A stretch of DNA of 64,000 bases. Source: Scenedesmus sp. PABB004 (lineage: Eukaryota). The notes under the pieces are model-generated. The model was not told the origin of the DNA. It ran no database searches and saw only the letters and a program-made list of their open reading frames with translations. Of this stretch, positions 11,801-29,225 are shown piece by piece. Where the stretch lies: NCBI GenBank assembly GCA_014905635.1, contig JABVCE010000037.1, forward strand, positions 62,001-126,000, in the 5' to 3' direction. The number at the start of each line of letters is the position of its first letter. The first letter of the stretch is position 1. The position numbers and the translations under genes were made by a program.

Positions 11801-14800
11801 CACCTCCCAGAGGCCAGTCACGCCGTTGCACCTGGCGACAGGCGCGACGCCAGCGCCGGTGCAGGTGCCAGTGCAGGTCGCGCCCGTGGACGAAATGGCG
11901 CACGGGGCCGCGGACCAGGCGGCGTTGGCATTTGACAGGGTCAGGCTGGATGGCACGACACCTGGGCAGGCACCTGCAGTGCAGGTGCCGGGCGCGGCGT
12001 CGCGCGCAGGCGAGGCGTGTGAGTTGGCGGGGGCTGACCTGCGTGCCCGCCCGCGCAGGTCTGGCAGCTCGCACGCGCACGCACTCTCGCAGCCTGACGG
12101 CGTCGTCACGCTCCACTGGCCAGCAGAAGTGCTGCCGCACGTTGCGATGGGCGCGGTGGCGCTGCTGGTGCCGATGCAGTTGCCGGCGCACGTCTGGCCG
12201 GCTGCTGTGCTGGCGCATAAGGCCGGCCAGGCAGCGTTCTGCCCCGCCGAAGCGAGCTGCGAGCTGATGTTGGCGGGGCACGCAGCGACTGCGAGGCGGG
12301 GAGCGGCACACACGCAGGTGGATGGGCGGGACGGCACCACGGTGCGCCAGGCCGCGGCAGCGCCTGAGCCAGTGGCGCCGCGGACCGGCGTCCGGTCAGC
12401 CGCGCCCGCACCTGGCGGCCAGGGGCAGGGCCCCAGGGAGCAGCTCTGCTGCCGCGTGTCGCCATCGGCGCGCGGGCAGGCCGTGCCGTTGAACTGCGGG
12501 GGCCGAGTGATGGTGTACCTCTCGGTGAGTGTGCCGGGCCCGCACGTGGCGTTGCAGGCTTCGCCCGGTGCCGTGGCCCAGCTCCCGACGCAGTCAACGG
12601 GGCAGGGCCGGTCGTTGCAGTCGATCCTGCTGATCTGCCCGTCGACGGCTGTGCACGGCGCGCCGCCGTTGGCGGCCGCGGCTGCAGCAGGGGGTGCGCG
12701 GGTGCGAGGAAGCGGGCAGGGGTCAGGGGAGGGCGGGCGTGTGCAGGCAGGCATGTGCAGGCAGGGGCGCTCAGGGCGGCCGCATGAGCGACCCCACGAG
12801 CAGCCGCAGCAGGCCCTGCCGCCGCGCGTGCGTCCTGCCGCGGCGCAGGCCACTCACTGGTGATCTGAAACGTCAGTGCGCGCGTCCCTGGGCCGCACGC
12901 GGCGCTGCAGCTGCCGACGAGCCACGCGCCGGCGCAGTCCACAGGGCACGCCGCGCTGGCGCAGTCGACCTTGTCGCCCGCCAGGTACAGCCGGCCGCCA
13001 GAGAATAGGAAGCCGCTCTGCTCGTCCGACGCGCCCGCCGGCGCCGGCTTCATGAGGCGGCAGTCAAACGTGCCCTGCCCGACGTCCTCGTTGGGGACGC
13101 CGCTCACGCGCGTGGCGATGACCGCGATGCAGGGCGTCGAGGCGCGCGCGTCGCAGGCCGCCGCGCAGGCGTCAAAGGCCACGCCCGCGAGCGGCTCGGC
13201 CAGGGCGATGGGCTCGCCCAGCACCTGGTCCGTCGCCAGGTTGAACAGGACGCCCGCGAGCCGTGCGACCAGCGTGGCGAGCAGTCGCCGGCGGCTGCCC
13301 GCGCTCGCGTAGGCCCGCGAGGGCACGAACAGGAATTTCTTGTTGCCGTCGGGCGCGCTCTGCGCGCGGCGGCGCCGCGCGGCGGCGGCAGCAGTGGGCG
13401 AGCAGCCGCACGGCGGCGAGCGAGTGAGAAGCGGGCGGGCGGCGCGCGGAGGGCCCGACACGAGCAGCGCCGAGGCCGGCGCACGCGGGCGACGGCCGCC
13501 GCTGAGGCGGGGCGCGCGCGGAGGGGGGCCATCCGCCTCACCTCCAGCAGCAGCTCGCACTTGCCCGCCACAAACCTGCGCGCGCGCGACGGGCGCGCGG
13601 CGGCGGCAGGGGTGTCGGCGCGCGCCCCGCAGCTGCACCCGGCGCGCCCCGCAGCTGCACCACCGTGCGCCGCTGGCTGCTTGGTCAGCGCGCTGCTCCG
13701 CGCCACGCCGTGCCGCCCTCCCCTCTCCCGCGGGCGCCGGCGCACCGGAACATGATGCATCTGGCGTCTGCGGGGCACGCGGCGGCGCACGCGGCGGCCG
13801 TGGCGGCCGCGGGAACGTCGGCGGTTGGGATGTTCACGCTGGTGATGCGCCCGCCATCGAGCACCTGCACCTCCTTCACGCACTGCGTCACACTGGTGGA
13901 GCCTGCGGGCGGGCGGGCGAGCAGCAGGCTTGGCGGCGGCGGGCCCCACCCTCGCCCGTGCGTGCGCAGCAGGCCGGCCGCCGGCGGCGCTGGCCCGCCG
14001 GCAGCGTGGCGGCGCACCTGCAGCCGACACGTAGCCGGCCGGGCACGGCTGACAGGGCCCAGTCTGCTCCGAGTCGGTGTAGGTGTTGGGCGCGCACTGC
14101 GTGCAGCCCGCGCCGGAGACGAGGCTGCCGAAGCCCGCGAGGCAGAGGGAGCAGTCAGACATACTGCCCGCCTGAGGGGCCGGCGTAGTCGACCCGGCAG
14201 GGCAGGCGGTGCAGTTCCCGGACAAGCCGCCTGCAGACCAGGTGCCCTTAGGGCACGGGATGATGCTTTCATCATCAACAGGGTTGTCGCCAAACCCAGG
14301 GGGCAGGCCCCCGTTTGTGGACTCAGCTGCGCAGAGGGGCGGCGACGGCAGTGGGCGGCCGGCTGGGCGCGGCCGTGCGGTCGCGGCGCAGCGCACACGC
14401 CGGCTGACGCGCGCGCCACGCACTGCACTCGTTCTCCGACACCGCTGCGACGCCCTTGGTGGTGGTGTTCCTGGTGCAGGGCTGGCACTGCCGCGCGGTG
14501 TTGAAGCCCGAGGACCAGGTGCCCTTGGGGCAGGGCTCCGCCGCGGCGCTTGCCTTGCGGGTGACGATGCGGTGCCCCGGCGCGGCCACTGCAGAGGGCG
14601 CGCAGGCAGCGGGAGTCAGCGGCGTGCATCGGCCCTCGCCAAGAGGGCGCGCAGCTGCCAGGTGCGCCGCGCTCGGCGCAGCAGCAGCCGCGGCGCTCAC
14701 GGCAGAACTTGGGCCCCGCGTTGGGCGGCAGCATCTCCAGCACGGCGTTGGGCGCCTGGTCCGCGGTCACCAGGTTGGGACCGCTGGCGGCGGCGGGTGC

Positions 14801-15673
14801 AGTGCAGCAGCAGCACGTGTGAGCGGCGCCCGGCCGCAGCCGCAGCCGGCTGCAGAGGGATGGGCTGCAGCGCGGTGGTTAGCTGACCACCGCGCACGCC
14901 CAGCTCACCAGCGTTTGCATTCGATGACCCTCGCCTTGAAGCGTGTGTCGGTCACGCGGCCGTACGTGCCGCCGCGGCACGGCACGACGCTCACGGTGCC
15001 GTTGAGCAGCACGGAGCCTGGCGGTGCACGACGGGGCAGCACACGCACAAGAGTGCGTAGGCGGCTGCGCCCGCAGCCGCGGGGCTGCAGCTCACGCGCG
15101 CCGCGCCCCGCAGCAGCAGCCGTCGGCGCGTGCGCCCACCTGAGCCGGCGGGGAAGTAGCACTCGCCGCGCGGGCGCGTCGTGCCCTCGCCGTCGGTCAG
15201 GAAGTTGGGCCCGCACGACTTGCAGGCCAGGTTGTTCCAGCCGACCTTGTAAGACCCGATCGGGCACTGGACCGGCCGCTCAGGGTCGCCGCCGGGCAGC
15301 AGCTGCCAGCCGGGCGCCGCCCCTGCGCGCGCACGGGCGGGCGGGGGCGGTCAGCGGCTGCGGGCACCGCTCAGCCAGCGCTGGCGGCACCCGCGCAGCC
15401 GCGCCACGCACGGCAGTCGGCGGCGCTCGTCGCGCCGGGGCGCAGCGTGGCCACGATCTCCTTGGGCAGGGTGCGACTGCAGCGCCGCGGCGCCGCCGAG
15501 CCGCCCGGACAGTAGAAGGGCGCCGCGCAGCGCACGCACGCCACGGCGGCGCGGTCGAGCGACGTGCCCGGCGCGCAGGGCGCGCGCATCGGCAGCGCGC
15601 CGCGCGCCGACGCGCCGCTCGCCAGCAGGGCCAGAGCTATGGCTCCCGCGAGCAGGCAGAGCACCGGCCGCAT
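5801..15673 (-). CDS. Giant secreted mosaic protein (about 20+ exons): signal peptide, ephrin-receptor-like Cys-rich repeats, PAN/apple-like segments, thrombospondin type-1 repeats, Cys-rich tandem modules, cadherin/Ig-like repeats, bacterial-type C-terminal domain
   Basis: Start MRPVLCLLAGAIALALLASGASA. CPKGTWS/CPAGSTT/CAPNTY repeats; PVDCVGSW and CSAACGPG TSP1 motifs; VNDAPSF/VNDPPSF Ig-cadherin repeats. GT-AG introns join in frame where checked; stop TAG 5803-5801. Confidence 0.8.
6880..9830. repeat. About 1527-bp intragenic tandem duplication (2 copies) of a three-domain Ig/cadherin block including introns
   Basis: Identical ORF translations offset by 1527 (7742/9269, 7792/9319). Core of about 7400-8300 is nearly identical to about 8927-9828. 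Confidence 0.95.
9869..12273. repeat. 842-bp intragenic tandem repeat, about 2.9 copies, each with exons and introns encoding Cys-rich modules
   Basis: Unit starts GCGTGCGGCCGCCGCTCACGTGGG at 9869, 10711 and 11553; ORFs recur at 10043/10885/11727. Confidence 0.95.
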
Positions 15674-16492
15674 CTCTCGCCGGTGCTGCGTTGTGTGACG
15701 CCGGCGGCGGCCCCCTGCGTGGTTCAATCACGCCACGTGGTCGTGCAGCCGCGCCCTGGCGAGCCCGGGCGGGCTGCAGGGGCGCGGCGGGGCAACACGA
15801 GCGCCCTTCGCCTGGCCCACAACGAGCAGCGTCGCGGACCCACGCACGCTGCAGCTCCGCCGCCAGGTCCAACGTGCTGTCAGCAAGCAAGCTGTCGGTC
15901 GCACGCGGCTCCCGGGCGCGGCGCGCAGCGGGCGGGCGGGCTCGTCGCGCAGGAGTTCGCGGTCGGTCGCCCGAGGAGCTCCGCCGTGGGGCGCGATCGC
16001 TGGCCCCGCTGCGCGCCAAACAGCCTCCCGTGGTCTGTGAACGGCAAAACGCGCGGCCCGCGAGCTCCCAGTCCCGCGGTGAACCGCGGTGTCAGCTCCG
16101 CGCGCGCGCGCGCGCCTTGCGTGCGTTCATCACCTGGGAGCTCGCGGGACTCGGAGCTCGCGGGCCGAAAACAGCAACGGCCCGCCACCTGGCCGGCGTC
16201 CCCAGCGCCGCCGCACGAGCGCGAGCGCGGCGCCCGCGAGCAGCGGCCGGCCGCTGGTGACGCCGCCGCGCTTCGCCCGGCCCTGCCCCGGCCCTACTGC
16301 CGAGCAGAGCCGAGCAGCTCGCGCTGCGCAAGCCGCGAGCAGCGCGCACAGCGAGCGGCAGCAGCGCCGCTGCCAGACTCCCACCAGGACTGCAGATTGA
16401 AGCCGCCTGCCGCTCCACCCGTGGCGCCCGGAGCGCTTCCAGGCTCTGCCGAGAGCGTCGCGGCCGCGGCCGCAGCAGATCCCGGCCCGCGG

Positions 16493-18288
16493 ATGCAGGC
16501 TCGGCGCGCCGCCGCCGGCGCTGCCGCTGGGCCGCGGGCGCCGCCGCCGGCGCGCGGCGCCCGCGGCGCGCGGCCGCCGCGCCAGCGCCGATGCCGGGCG
16601 GCGCCCGAGGGCCGCGGCGGCGGCGGCGGCGGCGAGGAGGAGCTCGACCTGGTCACGCGCTGGGTCGGGAAGCTCTTTGGCGCGGACGTGGTCAACGACC
16701 GCCGCCCCGCGGGCCTCGCCCGCATGGACTGGGACAGCGTGAAGGACCTGGAGGTCACGCTCGACAGGCGCGCCGCGCCGCGCCGCGCCGCGCCGCAGGC
16801 CAGCCGCACCGGGCCCGCGCCGCGCCGCGCCGCAGGCCAGCCGCACCGGGCCCGCGCCGCGCCGCGCCGCGCCGCCGGCGGCCGACGCGCGCGCGCGCCG
16901 TTGCGCCCGCGCCCCCGCGCCGCGCCAGGTGGGCGGAGCCGCTGCCGAGCGACGACCCGCTGATGGCCAAGCTGCGCCCGCTGCTGGCAGGTGTGGGCGC
17001 GTGGCACGCGCGGCGGCGGCGGCGGCGCGCGGCGGCGGCGGCGGTGGCGCCCACGCCCACGCCCGCGCCCACGCCCGCGCCGCTGCGTGCGCCCGTTGAC
17101 CGCCCACGCGCTGCAGGCACGCAGCTGGAGGACGAGGCGCTGCGCTGCGCGTTCAGCGCGACCGAGGACGGCTGGAGCGCGGACGCCTTCCACGACCGCG
17201 TGCGCGCGCGCGGGCGGCCGCGCAGCTGCCTGGGGGCGCACGCGCAGCTGCAGCCGCAGCCGTGCCAGCGTCGCTGACACGCGCTCTGCCTCCTCTGCCC
17301 CCCCCCCTCCCACACCCACGCACACACACCGCTGCCACCACCGCCACCAGGTTGATGGCTACGGCGCGGCGCTGGTCGTGGCGCGCAGCGCGGGCGGCGC
17401 CGTGCTGGGCGGGTACAACCCCCTGGGGTGAGCACACACGGGGGAGAGGGGGGGGGGCTGCGCCGCCGCCGCACTTGCTGCCCTTATCGCCCCCTCTCTC
17501 CCACACACACCCACCCACACACCCACGCCCCGCCCTGCACACCCGCCTGCCGCCAGCTTTGACGGCTACGGCCCCAAGGCCACCATGGGCGCCTTCCTCT
17601 TCACCTGGCCAGACGGCGACATGACACAGCGCCCACACAAGCTCGTGCGCGCGCACGCCGCGCGCGCTCGCGGCGTGCCGCACCGTGCTGCACCGCGCCG
17701 CGCCGCCCACGCCCGCCGCGCCGGCCGCCCACGCTGCGCCGCAGCCCAAGGTCTCCACCGACCAGCTCGCCGTCGTTGACGGCCTAGGCAATGGGGTCCA
17801 ATTTGGCCCGGGCGACTTCAAGGCCTTGCTGTCGCGCGGTGCGGGCGCGGCGCGGCGCGCGCACGGCCACGCGCCGCCACGCCGGGCGGCGCGGCACAAC
17901 AGAAACGCGCGCCCGCCGCCCCGGGCGCGGCCCAGGCGCGCCGACGCGTGCGAGCAGCAAGCTCATTGACTACGCGGCGCTGCCGGGGCGCGTCCGCTCG
18001 CTGTTTGCGCCGGGCGAGGACGCGCGGCGCACGGAGCTGGTCGAGCTGCGCGTCTTTGTGCGCAAGGTGCGCGCGGCGAGGCGCACGCTGGCGCCGCGTT
18101 GCGGCCGCTGGCGCCGCGTGGCGGCCGCTGGCGCCGCGTTGCGGCCGCTGGCGCCGCCGCCTGAGCGCCGCCGCCGCCGCGTCCAGGGGGGGAAGCTGAA
18201 GTACGAGCTCGACGGCCTGCGCTGGAAGAGCAGCTACGCCGACGACGGCAGCGGCGAGGGCCCGCCGCCGGGCATCTTCACGATGTGA
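16493..18288 (+). CDS. TLDc-domain protein with probable chloroplast transit peptide (about 8 exons)
   Basis: Spliced product contains [44 protein letters not shown]...AFLFTWPDG, and ELRVF near the end. Arg/Ala-rich N-terminus; stop TGA 18286-18288. Confidence 0.85.
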
Positions 18289-18426
18289 TCAGCACGGCGC
18301 CGCGCGCCGGGGCGAGGCGGCCGCGGGCCGGAGAGTTCGGGGCCGCCCGTGGGCCGGGGCCGGCCTGCGGGCGGCCGCGCTCGGGCCGGAGAGTTCGCCA
18401 GTTCGCCGAGGGCGCAGCGGCGGGGC

Positions 18427-18784
18427 TCAAGCCGGCGGCGGCGCGGTGACAGCGACGCCCGCCCGCAGAGGCACCCGCTGGCCCGCCCGGGGCTTGCTGG
18501 CCGCCGGCGCGCTGGCCGGCGCGCGCGCGGCCGGGGCCGGCGACGCCCGGCGGTCGGCCGCCGGCGACGCCTGCCCCCGCTGCTGCAGGCGCTGGCGCGC
18601 CTCCCGCACCATTGCGCTGTCACCGTACTGCACGCGCACCTCGTGCAGCGTGCTCGGCTGCGGCTGCGGCCCCGCCGCCTTGGTTGCAGCGGCAGCCGGC
18701 GACACACGCGCCGCCAGCGCCCCTGCGCCGCCGCCGCCGCCGCTGCTGTTGCTGCTGCTCGTGGGGGGCGGCGGCCGCGGCGGC

Positions 18785-18820
<36 letters not shown>

Positions 18821-19396
18821 AAGCTCGCGCCGCCGCTGCCGCTGCTGCTCGCGCTCACGCCGCCGCTGCCGGCACCGCTGCTGCTGGCGCCGCTGCTGCT
18901 GCTGCTGCCGCCACCGGCGCCACCGGCGCCGCTGCTGCTGCTGCTAGCGCTGCTGCCGCGGTGCGCAGCAGCGGCGACCGGCTGCCTGCTTGGCGGCGGT
19001 GGTGGCAGGCCGGCGCACACGTTGACGCCGCTGCTGCCGTGCACGGCCCGCAGGCACGCTGCGACGGTGCGGGCGGACGGCCCAAATATCAGCGTCGCCC
19101 CGGCCGGCGCCCGCGCGCCTCCCAGGGTCTGTCAGCGACCGGACAAACGGGTCTGTTTCAACCACGCCAGGGCGCGCGGCTCGCACGATCTCGCTCCCCG
19201 GCGTCGTCGGAGGCGCCGCCGCCGCCCGCGCCGCGGCGCAGCGCCTCGCCTCGCCTCCGCGGTCGGGCCGTGACGCAGAGCCGCCCCCCGCCTGGCGCAG
19301 CGCGGCCGCACGCGCGCCGGGCGCGCGCTCGCTCTGTGCGGGCGCGTGCTCGGAGCAATGCGGCGCATGCCGCTCTCCTGAGCCCCCCTGAGCCAT
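18427..19396 (-). CDS. Possible two-exon low-complexity orphan gene (19396-19312 + 19058-18427)
   Basis: Coding-like codons (ctg cac gag gtg cgc gtg cag tac); acceptor GTCGCAG ending 19059 with upstream GCTGAT; phase-compatible GTGCGG donor at 19311. No recognisable domain. Confidence 0.35.
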
Positions 19397-19406
19397 CGAC
19401 GCCGCC

Positions 19407-20761
19407 ATGAACTCGCAGCAGGCGCGCGCGGCGCGCCCGGATCTCGGCGGCGGCGGCGCTGGAGCGGGCGGGCAGCAGCAGCGGCGCCCGCAGCGGCAGC
19501 GGCGCCCAGCGGCTGAGCGCGTCGGCGTCGGAGGCAGCGGTGGTGGCCGGCAGCGCCTCGTCGGCGCGAGCTCCGCCGCGCACGCGGTCGCCGCGGCGCC
19601 GCCGCAGCAGCGCGAGCGGCGGCGGCAGCGGGCGCCGGAGCCGGAGCCGGCGCCGCTGGCCGGGCGCGGCGCCTCCGCGTGGGGCGCGGTGCAGGCCGTT
19701 GCCGCGGCGACGGCCTGGCAGGACCTGCGGCTGCTGCTGTCGCTGCACGGCGCCGACCTCGGCCCCGTGGGCGTCGCCGCGGCGGCGAGCCGGCTGGCCA
19801 AGCTCGCGGCGCCGCTGCCGCCGGCGCAGCTGGCGCAGGCACGCGCGCTCACCGCGGAGCAGCTGCTGCCGCTGGTGCTGGCGGCGGCGCCGGGCATGGG
19901 CGGGCGCGGCCTGGCCAACAGCGTGTGGGCGCTGGCCAAGCTCGGCGTCACGCCGGCGCCGGCGGGCGTGGCGCGCCTCGCGGCTTGCGTGGCGCGCGCC
20001 GCGGGCGAGCTGCAGCCGCAGCACATCAGCTCGCTGCTCTACGCGCTGGCGCAGTGGCAGCAGCAGGCGCTCGCGCGGCGCGGGCCTGCGGGCGAGCCGC
20101 AGCGGCAGCCGCCGGCGCTGGCCGAGCTGGCGGCGCAGCAGGAGCAGCTGGAGCAGCAGGAGCAGGCGGCCTCGGCGGTGCCCGGCCAGGCATCGGCGGC
20201 CGCGGCGGCCGCGGCCGCGGCCCGGGCGGCGCTGGGCGTCCCGCCGCCGCTGCTGGGCTGCCTGCTGGGCGCGGCGGCGGCGCAGCTGGTCAGCTTTGGG
20301 CCGCAGGCCCTCGCCAATAGCCTCTATGCGCTCGCCGTCATGCGCGCGCCGCCGCCGACCAGCTGGCTGGAGCGTTTCTGGCCCGCGAGCGCGGCGAGCC
20401 TGGCCGCCGCGGAGCCGCAGCACCTCAGCAACACCGCCTGGGCGGCCGCGCGGCTCGGCGTGGCGCCGCCGCCGGCCTGGGCGGCAGCCTGGCTCGCCGC
20501 CGGCGCGCGCTGCATGCACGCTGCCACGCCGCAGGGTCTCAGCAACAGCCTGTGGGCGGTCGCGCGGCTGGGGCTGGGCGGCGCCGCGCTGGCGCCGGCG
20601 GCTGCCGCAGCTGACGCGGGCGGTGGCGATGCCGCCGCACGAGTGGGCAGCTGGCTGGCCGCCTTCCTGGAGGCGAGCCTCTGCCGCCTGGACGCGTTCC
20701 CAGACCAGGCGCTCACCAACTGCGTCTGGGCGCTCGGCAGCATCGCGCAGCAGCTCGAGCG

Positions 20762-20792
<31 letters not shown>

Positions 20793-22331
20793 GGCGGCGG
20801 CGGCGCGGCCGCCGCGGCCGAGCTGCGCGCGCTGCTAGCGGCCAGCGGCTGGGCGGACCGCGCGCTGGCGCTGCTGCAGCCGCGCCTGCTGGGCCTGGGC
20901 CCGCAGCAGCTGGCCAACGTGGCGTGGGGCCTCGCGGCGGCGGGCGTGGCGCCGCCGCAGCCCTGGCTGTCGAGCTTCTGCCGCGCCTCCGGCCCCAAGC
21001 TGCTCGCCTTCAGGCCCGAAGAGGCCTCCGCCACGCTGGTGGCCCTGGCGCGGCTGCACCACACGCCTGGCCCGGGCTGGCTGGCGCTGGCGGAGGCGCG
21101 CCTGGCGCGGTCGCTCGCGACCTGCAGCAGCCAGACGCTAGCCAACAGCCTGTGGGCGATGCTGGCGCTGGGCCACGCGCCGCGCCGCGAGTGGCTGGCG
21201 GGCGTGGCGCGCGAGGCAGCGGCGCGGCTCGCCACGCACCCCGTCGCGGCCGCGCGCGCCGCCGGCAGCGGCGACGGCGACGGCGCCGGCCTCGGCTTCA
21301 CGCCCCAGGGCCTGGGCATGCTGCTGCTGTGCCTGACCCGCCTGGCGGGCGGTGACCACGCCGGCGCGGCGCCGGTGCTGCCGGCCGCCTTCTGGGAGCT
21401 CGCCGGGGCGCGGCTGCTCGCGCCGAGCCGCGGAAGCGACGGCGCGCCGGGCGAGCCCCCGCTGCTGGCGCTGCTGAGCCCGCAGGGCCAGGCCGCGGTG
21501 GCCAGCGCGGCGGCGCTGGCGGGTGCGGAGGAGGTCGGCGGGTGGCTGGTGGCCGCGGCCGTGTCGCAGCTGGCGGGGCGCGCGGCGCAGCAGCCCGCGG
21601 CGGTGGGCCTGGCCGACCTCGCAATGCTGGCATGGGCGGCCGGCCGGCTGCAGGTGCAGCCCGAGCCGGCGGCGATGGAGGCGCTGGCGGGCGCCGCGCT
21701 GCGGCAGGTGCAGGCGGCTGCTGCGGAGGCGCTGCAGCGAGCCCAAGCAGGGGCAGCAGGGGCGGCAAGGGCAGCAGGGCAGCCCGCACCCGCCGCCGCG
21801 GCCGGCGCCGGCGGCGGCTCGCGCCCGCGTCGCCGACCGCTGTGGGGCGGCGCTGGCGGCCCGCAGGAGCCGGAGCTGGCGGTGGGCGAGGTCGCCGCGC
21901 TGGGGCGCGGCCACAAGCTGCTCGGCGCGCTCGCATCGGGGCTGGGCGCCTCCGGCTTCTACCCCGGCGCGCCCTGGTTCCGCGCCTGGTTTGCCGCCAC
22001 GCAGCCGCTGCTGCGCGGCTGCAGCGCGGCGACGCTCGCGCTGCTGCTGTGGGGCGCGGCGTCGCTGCGCGAGGTGCCGCCCGCGGCCTGGACCCGGGCC
22101 TGGGCGGGCGCGTGGCGCGCGGCCGGCGCGCGCGGCGGCGGCGGGGCCGGCGCGCGCGGCGGCGGCGGCGCCGCCGCCACGGCGGTGCAGGTGGCCGGCG
22201 CGGCCGGGCGGCGCGGCGCGCTGCTGGCGGCCGATGCTGGCGCCGGTGCCGACGCGGCCGCGCTGCTGCCGCTGTGCCGCGCGCTCGCCGCCGCGGCGCG
22301 GCGGGCCACGGCGGCGGCGCCGCTGCAGTGA
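19407..22331 (+). CDS. Octotricopeptide repeat (OPR) protein, Tbc2-like organellar RNA-binding factor, single exon
   Basis: Recurrent motifs PQALANSLYALA, PQHLSNTAWAAARL, PQGLSNSLWAVARL, DQALTNCVWALG, PQQLANVAWGLA, SQTLANSLWAML, several followed by PPxxW. GCCGCCATG start context. Confidence 0.9.
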
Positions 22332-22790
22332 CGCGGGCGCTGCGCGCTGTGTGTGACGGGCGAGAGAGAGCGAGCTCCGGCGGCGCCGCGCGCCGCGGCG
22401 GTCAGCGAGCAGCGGCGCCGCCGGCCGCGCGTGCCCAGAGCGCCCGCCGACCAGCGCTGACCACCCAGATCACCCCGGCTTGAGCCCACGCGGCCGCATG
22501 AGAGCGAGGGAGCCCTGGATGCGCCGGACAGCGCGGGGGTTGCCGGCGAAAACCTAGGGCGCGACTGCCCTGCCTCCTCGCGGTCCCCCCGCTGCCCGGT
22601 TCGCGCCGTGGCAGCACTCCCGACCTCACGCCGCGCGCTCGGCCCGGCGGTGACCCCATTACGCCCGCTGCCGCACGCAAGCGCGCATAAGCCCCCGCAC
22701 CCGCCTCCCCCGGCGCCCGCGCGCCGTGCCCAGGCCGCCAGCGTGACGGCCGCCACCACCTCACCTCGCCACAGCCGCCACCCGGGGAGG

Positions 22791-28537
<5,747 letters not shown>

Positions 28538-29225
28538 GCAGCACGCACGCAGCAGCAGCAGCGCGGCGCGCGCGCGCGGAGAGGGCGAGGGGGCACGGGC
28601 GGGGTGGGTAGCGCAGGCGGGGAGGGAGGGGCCGGCGGGCGCCCGCGGGCGTGGCTGTTGCGGCAGGTACTGCAGCAGGGGGTGCAGCGGCCGGCCGGCC
28701 GGCCGCCGCGGGCGGCCTGCCGCGCGGCGGCGGCGGCGGCGTGACAGGCGGCGGCGGGGAGAGGGGCCGCCGCGCCGCTGCGTGCACGCGTGCACGCGGG
28801 GCGTTGCGTTTTCACAGCAGGGCAGCTGCAGTGCACACTGCAGCTACAACGCGTTGCGGGCTGGCGCGCGAGTAACGTCTGTAGTCGCGGCGCCGTGCGC
28901 GCGCGCGTGGTTTCGGTCTCGTGCGGCGTCACCGCGGCAGCAGGCGCGGCGCGGGACCAGTTGGGCAGCAGGCGGCAATTGACGCCGCGCGCTTGTGGTG
29001 CCGGTTCTCGGCGCCCCGGGTGGTCCGCTGCGCCCTTGGCCCCGCTGCCCGCGCCCCCGCGCCCCCGGCCGCCGCCCCCAACCGCCGGCGGTTCGGGCGC
29101 TGCCGTTCCGCCGCCGCTTCCCCGCAGTCGCCTGCTGACTGGTCGCGGCGCGAGCACTCTCCCCCGACGTTTCACCCCCATCCCCCGGACCAGCAGGCGC
29201 TGCCTGCTGCGACCAGGTCGGCACC

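Noticed and set aside
9869..12273. CRISPR-like array or LTR element
   Set aside because: Units are long, spacer-free duplications of host exons and introns; no cas or transposon ORFs.
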